Part shown: piece by piece, positions 10,406-20,407 of the stretch
Numbering within the stretch: the stretch's first letter is position 1
How the letters are laid out: each line of letters begins with the position of its first letter
Assembly: GCA_023205875.1 (NCBI GenBank)
Contig: CP060754.1
Span: forward strand, 1,116,001 to 1,180,000
DNA from: Chloropicon primus
Taxonomy: Eukaryota
Reading direction: 5' to 3'
Length of the DNA stretch: 64,000 bases
Position numbers and translations under genes: made by a program
Notes under the pieces: generated by a model
The model's input: only the letters and a program-made list of their open reading frames with translations
Told to the model about the DNA's origin: nothing
The model's database searches: none

Positions 10406-11818
10406 ATGGTGAGGAGAGTGTTTGAGGTCGGGAGGAAGGGAGTGGAAGGAGTGAGGTCCTCGTCGACCTCGTCGAGGGTCGCGACGAGGCTTGCCCTCCA
10501 TTCGGGTCAAGGACCTCGGCGGAGACTGCAGCATCATTGGCGTCAGCAGCAGCAGCATGATGGGGGGTGTCCACCTCCACCTCCGCCTCCTCCTTCCAGT
10601 GTCGTTGGCTGGAGGAGGGGTGGCGGGAAGTTCGACGGGGTGGTGGCCAGGGACGCTCAGGGCGAGGCTGCGGTCCTCCAGACCCCGACGAGCAAGGCGA
10701 AGAACGCCAACCTCCTCGAGTTCGTCATTGAGAGGATGGAGACCTTGGTGGAGACGTACGAGGGCTTGGGGAAGAAGCTCGAGGACCCCGAGGTCGCGAA
10801 CAACGTGGAGGAGGCCATGAACATCAACAAGACCCTGGCCGCCATGCATGACCAGGTGGAGTCCTACAGGAGGTACAAGGAGCTGGAGGGGGAGCAGGAG
10901 GAGGCGAGGGCCATGATGAAGGAGGCGGAGTCGGACGCGGAGCTCCTGGAGCTGGCCAGGGAGGAGGCCGCCGCGCTCAGCAGGGAGATGTGCGAGCTTG
11001 AGGACAAGCTCCTGCTTCTCCTGCTGCCGAAGGACGACCTGGACGAGAAGAACATCATGCTGGAGATCAGGGCCGGGACGGGGGGGGACGAGGCCTGCAT
11101 CTGGGCGGGCGACCTGATCCGGATGTACCAGATGTACTGCGAGAAGGTCGGGTGGAAGGTGTCCGTCGTGAGCAGGAACGAGGGGGACAGCGGCGGCGTG
11201 AAGGACGGGGTGCTGGAGGTCAAGGGGGACCAGGTCTTCAGCAAGCTCAAGTTCGAGGCGGGGGTCCACCGCGTGCAGCGCGTGCCGGCGACCGAGAGCA
11301 AGGGCCGCGTCCACACGAGCACCGCCACCGTGGCGGTCATGCCGGAGGTGGACGAGGTGGAGGTGGAGGTGGACCCGAACGACTGCGAGATCACCACCGC
11401 GAGGAGCGGGGGGGCTGGCGGCCAGAACGTGAACAAGGTGGAAACGGCGGTGCACTTGACGCACAAGCCGAGTGGGATAAAAATCTTTTGCACGGAGCAG
11501 AGAACCCAGCTGAAGAACAGGGAGAGGGCGATGCAGATCCTGAGGGCCAAGCTCTTCGAGATGCAACTCGAGAAGCAGCAGCAGGAGATGGCGTCCCAGA
11601 GAAAGTCCCAGATCGGGAGCGGCTCCCGGTCGGAGAAGATCAGGACGTACAACTACAAGGACAGCAGATGCTCCGACCACAGGACGAAGCTGAACTTCGA
11701 CTTGAACAAGACCCTCGGCGGCGAGCTGGAGCCCCTGATCTCCTCGTGCATGGCCGTGCAGAAGGAGGAGCAGCTCAAGGAGCTCGTGGAGGGGACAAAG
11801 GCGGCGAAGGCGAAGTAA
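10406..11818 (+). CDS. prfA: Organellar (likely plastid) peptide chain release factor 1
   Basis: [21 protein letters not shown] (PxT motif), GGQ motif, [11 protein letters not shown]-terminal extension. Confidence 0.95.
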   Translation: MVRRVFEVGRKGVEGVRSSSTSSRVATRLALHSGQGPRRRLQHHWRQQQQHDGGCPPPPPPPPSSVVGWRRGGGKFDGVVARDAQGEAAVLQTPTSKAKNANLLEFVIERMETLVETYEGLGKKLEDPEVANNVEEAMNINKTLAAMHDQVESYRRYKELEGEQEEARAMMKEAESDAELLELAREEAAALSREMCELEDKLLLLLLPKDDLDEKNIMLEIRAGTGGDEACIWAGDLIRMYQMYCEKVGWKVSVVSRNEGDSGGVKDGVLEVKGDQVFSKLKFEAGVHRVQRVPATESKGRVHTSTATVAVMPEVDEVEVEVDPNDCEITTARSGGAGGQNVNKVETAVHLTHKPSGIKIFCTEQRTQLKNRERAMQILRAKLFEMQLEKQQQEMASQRKSQIGSGSRSEKIRTYNYKDSRCSDHRTKLNFDLNKTLGGELEPLISSCMAVQKEEQLKELVEGTKAAKAK

Positions 11819-11943
11819 ACTAGGGGTGAATGTTTTTTTGTTTTGCTGCAAAAGAAAGTCTTATTTCCAACGAACGAACGAACGAACGAACGAGCGAGCG
11901 AGCGAGCTCATAAAAAATAAAATAGGTCGTGTTGTGTGCTGTC

Positions 11944-12936
11944 TCACGCCGCTCCGCAAAGCGCGTCCTCCTCGTCCCCTCCGGACATGATGCACTGGTT
12001 CAGGAACGAGCTGAGGAGCCCGAACCCGCTCTTCTTCTTCTTCTGTTTCTTCTGCTTCGTCCTCGTCTCGGCCGGAGCAGGGGCCTTGGCCGTCGTGGGG
12101 TGGAACCCCTCGAAGCGCCCCGAGCTCGACGTGCTCGAGGTTCCCGAGGACCGAATGCTGACCAGGACCGACTGCGGGGAGTGCTTCGTGGACTTGCTCT
12201 TCGCGATGCACTCTGCGCTCGTGACCTCGTACACCGTCTGCAGGTACCTCCCGTGCTGGCACACCACCTCCTCGGCCCGGATGATGTGGGGCTCGGGCTT
12301 GGCCACCGCCTTGGCCTTGAGCGCGGCCCTCGTCCCCACGAAGGAGTACTTCTCCATGCACATGTCCGAGGGCGCCGAGATCCTCAGGCTCGCGATGTTC
12401 GTGTACCTCTCCGGCAGCCTGAGCGCCAGGAGCTGGCCCTTGGACCGCTTCTCCAGCAGGGTGCTCGTCTCCGAGCCGAGGGACTCGCTCGACCTCCACC
12501 TGGACGACGGCACCGGACCCCGGCGCACCGGCACGAGGACGACGGGGGCGGCGTCCGGAGCCTGGATGGACGAGGACGAGGACGACGATATCGTCATCAT
12601 GTCCAAGACCTTGTCCTTGAGAAGGGCCGCTGGGCCCTGCGGCGGGGCCGGGATCCCCCTGCAAGCCAAGCAATGCCTGCACTTCTGCACGAGCTTCCTC
12701 CCGCTCGCCCTGGAGGCCTCCGTGTGCTCCCTCGTGTAGATCTTGCGCAGGATGTCCCGGGGCTGAGGCAGCGGCGACGACCCATCCTCGACGTGCCACT
12801 CGTCCTTGGCCTCCTCGCAGTAAAACTCGCTCCCGGCGGGGACCTCGCACCCCCGGCGGGAGGAAGAAACCTGGGGCCCGAGCCTCCTCCGCACCTCGCC
12901 CCGCTTCAGAAGGAACGTCTGATCAAACAGTGCCAT
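11944..12936 (-). CDS. Hypothetical protein
   Basis: Open frame with the G/C-ending codon usage of neighbouring genes; converges on prfA; no recognisable domain. Confidence 0.55.
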   Translation of the reverse strand: MALFDQTFLLKRGEVRRRLGPQVSSSRRGCEVPAGSEFYCEEAKDEWHVEDGSSPLPQPRDILRKIYTREHTEASRASGRKLVQKCRHCLACRGIPAPPQGPAALLKDKVLDMMTISSSSSSSIQAPDAAPVVLVPVRRGPVPSSRWRSSESLGSETSTLLEKRSKGQLLALRLPERYTNIASLRISAPSDMCMEKYSFVGTRAALKAKAVAKPEPHIIRAEEVVCQHGRYLQTVYEVTSAECIAKSKSTKHSPQSVLVSIRSSGTSSTSSSGRFEGFHPTTAKAPAPAETRTKQKKQKKKKSGFGLLSSFLNQCIMSGGDEEDALCGAA

Positions 12937-13253
12937 GATCGAGCTGACGAGGTGAAGTGCAACCAGTTCGAGCAAAGCCCAGGAGCAGGAGGTGTGGTTC
13001 ATCCAGCAACCAGCAAGCAAAGAGCGTCAGTCCGCGGGGTGGGTGGAGTGAATATGTCGCCGATGTCGCCAATGTCGCCGATAATGATGATCAGGTCCCT
13101 TACCTTTTCAAACGCGCTTCATCCTTCGTCTCCATTCTCCCTTGTCGGAGGGGAGCTCGCTCCCAATGCTCTGTTCGGTCTGTTCGGAGGGCGTTTTCTT
13201 CTTCCTCATCGTAACGCTTCTCGTCCGCATCGAATTTCATGACAGACGTTAGT

Positions 13254-13297
13254 GCACGCGTCCCATGGACAAGAGGGGCACGCGTCCCAAGGACAAG
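13254..13297. repeat. 20-bp direct repeat GCACGCGTCCCA(T/A)GGACAAG x2
   Basis: Copies at 13254-13273 and 13278-13297, one mismatch. Confidence 0.85.
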
Positions 13298-13492
13298 CTA
13301 CGATACCTCCAGGGGGGGGGTTGCTGACTTTGGGGACGGAGGGGTGGGTGGATGGGTGTTTGGATCCGGGATCCATCGCCACAACCTGAGGACCTTTGCG
13401 ATTGGATTGGGGATCCACCACCGAAAGACGCCAAGCAACTCTATTGCACTCATTCATTCGTTCAATCATTCGTTCAATCGTTCATTGTTTGA

Positions 13493-16400
13493 ATGATGAT
13501 GAGGTGGAGGAGAAACTTGACCCTGGTGCTGCTGGTGTTGGCGTTTTGCGCGGGAGCGGCGCACGGATCGCGGGATGAGGCCGCCGAGGAGTTCTCCATA
13601 TCGAGTCCCGATGGTGAGCAAACTTGGTTTTCGTTCAATCGATCGATTTATCGACATATACATGGCTGGAGCGACTGACACCACACGCTCTCTCCCTCTC
13701 TTTCTCCTTGAATCGAATACGAAAACGAAAAGAAATCGACGAGCTCGTCGCGACCGCCGTGCGAGAGTCCAGGAAGGAGGTAAGCTCAGAACTCTCTCTC
13801 TCTCTCTCTCTCCCTGGATTGACTTGACTTGACTGACCCCATCATCACCATCAACGTGACCATCATCGTTGTGGTTGTCCTCGTCCAGCTCAAGGACGGG
13901 GAGAATGCTCTGGACCCGAAGGGCCCCATGTTCAAGAGCGCGGAGGAGAGTGCGAGGAGGAGGCTCGTGTACAAGGAGAGCCCGACGCTCTTCCAGAGGA
14001 AGCAGGACCTGCTCGGGGACATGAGGAGCCAGATCCTGCAGCTGAGCGGCCGGACCCAGGACGCCGAGGACGGCGACGACGACGACGACCACAAGAAGAA
14101 GAGGGAGGTCGTGGAAGCCTACGAGACCGGGCTGGTGGGGAGATACGAGGAGGACTTCGTCGACTTGTTCCTGTCCGAGGCGGCGGCCGCCACCGGGAAC
14201 GGCACGACGCCCGGGGGGGTCGCCCTCAGGAGCCAAGCCGAGGTGTTCATGGACACGGTGAAGCTGGGGAGGGACATCACGGATGGGGCGATCTCCCTGG
14301 CGGGAGCCCTGCCGTCCTCCGAGGCGGAGCCCCTCTCCTCGGTGAACATCGTCAAGGTCCCTTGGCTCGCCGCGGTGGGCCTGGCGGAGGAGAAGCCCAA
14401 GGACCACGGCGTCAACGAGACCGCGTTCGAGGAGTGGTACGGTGGCAAGATGGGGGGCAAGGTAAGCTACGTGACAAGGAGCCAGGAGGTGGGCCAGGCG
14501 AGCCCCTTGGGAGTCCTCGTCGCAGAGGAGGACGTCAAAAAGGGCGACGTCCTCCTGGAGATGCCCCTCAAGTGCATTCTGAACCAGCTGAGCCTGAGGA
14601 ACCGGAGGATCCGGGCCGGCTTCGTGGGGGAGAAGCTCAAGGAGGCGTTCGCGCACAACCCGGAGTGGGGCCTCTCGGTGGCCCTGCTTTTCGAGCTGGC
14701 CCAGCACCGCCACGGGGACGGGTCCAAGTGGGGGGCCTTCCTCGACACCCTCGAGATGAGGCTGCTGGGCACCCCGATGGTCCAAGAGCTGGAGGGCACC
14801 TTCGCCGCGGAGCTCCTGAGGATCGAGGAGGAGGAGGTCCAAGAGGGCTACAGGTGGGTGTCGAGCGAGGTCTGCAAGTCGGACAACAGCGGCATCTGCA
14901 ACAGGAAGGGCGGGGGGAGATCCACTTCTGGGGTGTTCACCAGCCAGGATTTCAGGTGGGCCCTCTCCGTGGTGAAGCAAAACGCGGTCCCCCTCAAGCT
15001 GGAGACCACGGGGAGGGAGTACCTCTCCCTCATCCCGTACGCCAACCTCGCCCAGCACGACCCCGATGCCGGGGGGGAGGTCGTGCTCAGCCTGAAGAAC
15101 GTGGCGGAGTTCCGCGCGGGGGTGGACGTCGCGGCCTTCCACCCCGTCAAGCTCACCAAAGGCACGTTCACGGACGCTGAGTCCTTCCTGAGGTACCACC
15201 TGGTGAGCGAGCACGTGAACCGGTTCAATCACGTCCGGCTGAAGATACCTGGCGGGGGCCAGGCGGACGACCAACTCATTTACAAGGTGCAGAGCCTGAG
15301 GGACTGGAGGAAGGCCGTCGGGCTTCCTCCAAGGGCAGCGGATCTGTGGCGGGCGGCGAGCCAGCTCAACCTGTACGGCGAGGACGAGGAGGAGCAGAAT
15401 TACATGGACAGGCAGAACCGGCTCACCTCTGGAACGAACTTAGAGCCGATCACGAGAGCAGAGCAACTGATGCTCACCGGGAAAGCGAAGACGAACGAGG
15501 AGGCGGCCCTGATGATCAAGCCAGCTCCTGGGTCTGAGGTCCTCGAATCCAAGTACTCGGAGTCGCAGCTTTACAGCGCCCCGGACTTGGAGGAGGACAT
15601 TTCTCTGGAGATGGCCGCGAAGAACTTGAAGGAAGCGGCGCACCAGCTGCACATCTCGGTGGCCTTGAACTTGACGGGCGAAGGATCCGTCGGGAAAGTT
15701 GTGAACGACACTCGGAACTTCTTTCTTTACGGCACCGCCCCCTCGAGGGGCCTCGACGCCATCGATGAGATGCTGATCAAGAAGATGGACGTGCTGAGCG
15801 TCTGCGGCGGGCCGCGGGACTTCGTCATCCAAGCCAAGAACGTCTCGGAAGAGCTTCTGTGCGCAATGAGGGTGAGCTTGAGCAACGAGACGGAGCTTAA
15901 CCTGATCGAAGCTAGCTTCAATAGATCGATGGGGATCACCAAGTCCAACGAGATGCTGATGCTGCAGACCCTGGAAGGGTCCGTCCGTGGCTTGCTTCGG
16001 AAGCACATCACGAGCACGGAGGAAGACGAGGCTCAGCTGGAGTCCGACGACCTGAGCGCCAAGAAGCGGTTCGCCGTCACGCTGAGGTTGAGGGAGAAAG
16101 AGCTGCTGCAATCGGCTCTTGCTTTCCTGGAGGACGAGATCGAGGGCCTCGAGGGCAAGGACCCTGATTTCTTCCAGGTCGCAGCCTTGCTCCTGCAGGA
16201 GGAGGAGAAGCAGAGGAGGTTGGAGGATCTGCAGCAAAAGCTTGGGGAGGAGAGGGAGAGGCTCAGCAAGAAGGCCGAGATCGTCAGCGTGACGATCAAC
16301 GTGCAGAAAGCAGGCGAGCCGGATAGCGTGGAGAGCGCAAACCTCACGATTTACGAGGGTGACGACCTCGGCGACAGGGTCAGGGAGTTCGGAGACAAGC

Positions 16401-17163
16401 ATGCTCTCGACCAGGTGGCGAGAAAGAGGCTCGAGATGCACGTGAAGAACAACATTCCTCCTCGCGAGCCGATAGTCGCTTTGCTTCAGACGATCACCCA
16501 GCACGGCTCCCTCGAGCCTTTGGGTTTGGCCAGGGGGGAGAATGCGACTGACAAGGTCGAGAGGTTTTTGCTTACCCAAGGGGTCCTGGAGGAGTCCGAG
16601 GACAAGTTCAAGACCCTGGCGCAGGAGCTGGAGGAGAAGCTGCGTTCGAGGTCGTCCGCAAGGCTCTTGGTCGAGATTCCTGTCGTGGCCCCTGACGGGA
16701 GGAAGCTGACTTTACACATAAGGGAGGGCGAGCAGCACGACATGCTGGAATTCATGCGCGTCTTCGCAAAGGTAGGAAACACTCTCGTTCGCGTTCGCGT
16801 TCGTGTGTGTGTGAAAAGTCTTCTCCTTCTTTCTTCTAACGCACGTTCGCGCTTCTTCTTTTAATCTCTCTTGCGTTCGCTGGGCACCTGCTTCTCTACT
16901 AGTACGCCAAGCTCCCCTCGAGCAGCATTCAGCCGCTCGCCCAGGAGGCTCTGAGGCGCCTCCCGCCCGCCATACTCCAAGTTCCGATCAACCTCGGGGG
17001 CTCCCGGCAACTGTCCCTGAGAGTCGCTTCCGGGGACGTCGAGAGGCTCGAGGAAGTCATCTCAAGTTTCTGCGACAGGCACGCCATCCAGGACGAGTCC
17101 GCGCAGCAGCAGATCATGCGCAACGTCCTTTCCAAGATCCACCCAGGGGCCTCCTTACTGTAA
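13493..17163 (+). CDS. Signal-peptide-containing SET-domain (Rubisco LSMT-like) protein with C-terminal repeats, 4 exons
   Basis: Exons 13493-13613, 13733-13779, 13889-16771, 16903-17163 join in frame via GT-AG introns (~1103 aa); GVLVAEEDVKKGDVLLEMP, SKWGAFLDTL, DFRWALSVV, LIPYANLAQH, AVTLRLREKELL. Confidence 0.8.
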
Positions 17164-17267
17164 CTCTAGTATACATTATAATTACCCCCGACACGCCTCT
17201 TCCTCGTCGTCGTCGTCGTCACCATTAATGATCGTCGTCCGTCGTCAACATCGTCATCCTCAGGCGG

Positions 17268-17696
17268 CTAGGCGCTGAACAGGACCTTGACCCTGAGGAC
17301 GGTGAAGGCCTTGTGCGCCTCCACGAGCGTGGGCAACAGGCTGAAGAACACGAAGAGGTACGTGTACGACTCCGTGTTCCAGTGCTCGGAGACGAACAGG
17401 GCGACCAGGATGGCCCCAAGGAAGTGGCACATGATATGGAAGCAGTTCACCTTGACGGAGAAGACGGAGAACCCCAGGAAGAGGCTCACCAAGTCCACCG
17501 TCATGCAGACGATTCCCGCCCAGCTCACCGCCTCCAGGGAGGCCCTCGTCCCGCTCAAGTCCCCTCCCTGGTCCCCCACGAGCTCCTTGGCAATACCTTC
17601 CGCGTCGTACACCACCGTCAATATCGCGATGAGGTGGAACACCTGGAGCATAAACCGCATCGGCAGGAGCGTCGCAAACGGATGTGGCAACCCCAT
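17268..17696 (-). CDS. TMEM107: Transmembrane protein 107 (ciliary transition zone)
   Basis: 142 aa, 4 hydrophobic segments; LLPMRFM..FHL, GFSVF, CH, EHW...Y.YLFVFFSLLP..VE pattern matches the TMEM107 family as recalled. Confidence 0.85.
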   Translation of the reverse strand: MGLPHPFATLLPMRFMLQVFHLIAILTVVYDAEGIAKELVGDQGGDLSGTRASLEAVSWAGIVCMTVDLVSLFLGFSVFSVKVNCFHIMCHFLGAILVALFVSEHWNTESYTYLFVFFSLLPTLVEAHKAFTVLRVKVLFSA

Positions 17697-17831
17697 GGTA
17701 TGATACTACTCTTTGTCTCACGCAAGGACGCACTCGGTCAAGCCTCTCGTCTCTCTCTCGTCTCTCTCTCGTCTCTCTCTCTCTCGGGCGCGCGCGCGCG
17801 GCCTCTTCTTCTTCAAAGATCCCGTCTTGGC

Positions 17832-17844
17832 TTTCCCGCCAAAA
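17832..17844. promoter_or_regulatory. Overlapping E2F-type sites (TTTCCCGCCAAAA)
   Basis: TTTCCCGC on + and TTTTGGCGG on -, ~135 bp upstream of the TMEM107 ATG. Confidence 0.5.
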
Positions 17845-18271
17845 AAAGAAAGAAAGAAAAAGGAAAGGAAAAACAAAAAACGTACTCGTACATTCGCGAG
17901 TAAATGGTTTGGGCGGTCGAGTCCTCGAGAAAAGGAAGGGCGGCGAAGCTGACCGCTTGCCTCATCGGTCGTTGACTGATGAGACCGATAAGACTGGGTC
18001 TCCCTCCCTCCTCTTGTTGAGGTCCTCGAGCTCCTTCACTTACTGACAGCGGGACCCAGAATGGGTGTACACGGACGAGGGGGCGCGGAGACGAAAATCA
18101 CATCAGCCATCAGGGTCTTGGAGACGTAACGCATAATAATAACGCCTTTCGACGCGGCCTGGTGCTCATCACCCGTCACGATCGTGGCTTTGGGGTTCTT
18201 ATCGGGGACGGGAGGGACGCGGCTTTCCTTTTTCTGGGGAACCTGTCGTGGTTGGTGCCGCTTTTTACCCG

Positions 18272-18302
<31 letters not shown>

Positions 18303-18477
18303 CTCTCGTTGGTGGCGTTGGGAGGACGGACGGTCCTGAGCGAAGCAGAGGGGGCATCGCTCGCTTCTAGGGAATCCGAGGACGCGCGCGGCGGAGAGTC
18401 TCTCCGGACGAGGTTGGGGTTCGCACACACACGCACGCACGCGCTCGCGCTCGCGTTGCTGGAGTTGCTTGTTGGGG

Positions 18478-18864
18478 ATGACGACGACGGAGGCGCCGGA
18501 CCACCGCTTTGTGGTGTCGAGGCTGGGGACGGTGGGTCGGGCCTTGCCAGCACCATCGCTGGAGCGGGGGGACTTCCCCCCCGCCGGTCCTCCCCGGGGG
18601 CGCCTAAAGCCCTTCACTTGGCCCAGGAACAGGCTGCAGGCCATCCGACGAAGGCTGCAGGCCTACCAGCGAAGACTGAAAGCCATCCCGGAGGACAGGT
18701 CGCTTCGGAGCCCCAAATCGTTTCAGATCCCCAAGGTGGAGGACCACGCGGTCCGCTTGCAGCTGCTGGGGTACAGGGTTAGCGTCGACCACTCCACCAT
18801 GCTCGCTTTCCTCGCCTGCTTGGTCTACTGCGTTCTCGCGGGCGCGAGGAACCTCCTCATGTGA
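18478..18864 (+). CDS. Small hypothetical protein with C-terminal hydrophobic helix
   Basis: 128-aa ORF ending MLAFLACLVYCVLAGARNLLM; 5' end uncertain. Confidence 0.45.
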   Translation: MTTTEAPDHRFVVSRLGTVGRALPAPSLERGDFPPAGPPRGRLKPFTWPRNRLQAIRRRLQAYQRRLKAIPEDRSLRSPKSFQIPKVEDHAVRLQLLGYRVSVDHSTMLAFLACLVYCVLAGARNLLM

Positions 18865-19384
18865 GGAGCGGTGTCGGCGTTGTCGACAACGCGCCTGTAT
18901 TTAACCATCGAAACCAACTGTGTATTATGTTTTTTGCACTTCAGCCTCCATGCGCACAACCCCGTCGCTCTCGTCGAAGTCTCTAAGCGTCGTCGTCGGA
19001 GTGGGCACAGGAAGGGTGCATAAAAAGGGGAAGGCGTCTGGCGGGGCTTGAGCACACCCATCTCTTGGCCGCCTGGTGAAGGAGTCTGGAACCCCCAAAA
19101 GCCTTGGCTTCCTCTGTGTCATGCATGCATGCATTTCATTGTCCGGTCCGTCTGACTCCACTCTCTGCTCTGTCCCTCTGTCTCAGAGAATCCAGTGAGG
19201 CACTTCTCTGGCTGGTGGACAGCCAAGGCAAAGGGGACGACGATCGTTGCGCCCTCCTCGCACGGTCGACGAGCAAGTGCATGGCCGTCCTTGGACCGAG
19301 ACCTTTCGCTGCACCTCACCAAGCTGACGACCTTTGCTCCCTCTCTTGCAAGGGAAGAAGACCTTGTTGCTGGTCCTTGTCGAG

Positions 19385-20314
19385 ATGTCTGACTTCGACT
19401 CGGGGCCACACCAAGTCCGTATAAACGTTTACGACATCTCTCCCGTGAACCAGTACTCGACTCACTGCGGCGTTGGCATCTTTCATACCGGGGTGGAGAT
19501 CTTTGACAGGGAGTTTGCTTATGGCGGGCATCCGCACGACAGCACGGGAATATTCGTCACCAGGAGGTACCAAGCTCCAGGGCAAGGTAAGCTTGTTGGC
19601 CGGCTGGTGGAGACCTCGAGCCGCCTCGAGGCGGCCAAAGGCGTGGGCTAGAGAGAGGCATTCGTATTGACGGTTTCTTGCGTGTCTTCTCTTCCTCTGG
19701 GACGACCTCGACGCTTGGGCTTGCCCTTCGACACGCCACTCTCTTCGTTACAGTGAAGTTTAGACAGACCATCGACATAGGGCTCACGCGGTACACGAGG
19801 AAGGAAGTGGACCACATTCTGCAGCGTCTGGGTTCGAAGTACACTGGAAGCAAGTACCACCTGGTAAGGAGACCCGCGCTCGAGAGGCCTTGCTCCCTTA
19901 CATGTCTCGTACTGACTGTTGTGGCGAGTCCACCACCACCCACTCACCCTCTCCTCTCCGTTCGCAGCTCCTTCGAAACTGCAACCACTTTGCAAACGAG
20001 TTCGTGGAAAAGCTCACGGGCAAGAGCATTCCACACTGGGTAAGTGTGCACCATCGAAGCCTCTGTTTCCAGAGGGCGCAAAGCTGACGCTTTGTTTCTT
20101 TCTGCACCTGCAGATCAATAGGCTGGCCCACATCGCCGTGTCGATAAACTGGCTCATCCCAGCGTGCCTGCTTCCGGACGTGTCGACTATTACTACGTTC
20201 AACGAGACGTACAAGGAGGATGAGAAGCAGCACCTTTTGCAGAACCAGGCGGTGTCCTCCGAGCCGATTGGAATGGTAGGCCATCCTGGGAAGAGAAGGC
20301 AAAACTATGTATGA
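19385..20314 (+). CDS. PPPDE/DeSI-family isopeptidase, 4 exons
   Basis: Exons 19385-19586, 19754-19863, 19968-20039, 20114-20314; NVYDI, FHTGVEI, YHLLLRNCNHF, IPHWINRLA. Confidence 0.92.
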
Positions 20315-20407
20315 TAGAAGTAGAGGCCACTAAGGACTTCTTTGCGTTGTTTCTTTAATTTACTATGCGTGTGTACCAACTGCTGAGCTGTGGTCCTTGC
20401 TGAACAT

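Noticed and set aside
8734..11851. Long antisense ORFs (547 and 801 aa; likewise 13466-15274, 24130-25713, 28162-29916, 33818-35539, 49441-51321)
   Set aside because: They shadow well-identified genes on the opposite strand. Strong G/C third-position bias removes antisense stops, and the products have no recognisable motifs.
17976..18002. CTGATGAG hammerhead-ribozyme core
   Set aside because: No GAAA follows the potential stem II, so the catalytic core is incomplete.
17904..18782. Possible selenoprotein by read-through of two TGAs into ORF 18162-18782
   Set aside because: The product runs through a CT microsatellite, resembles no selenoprotein family, and no SECIS was identified.
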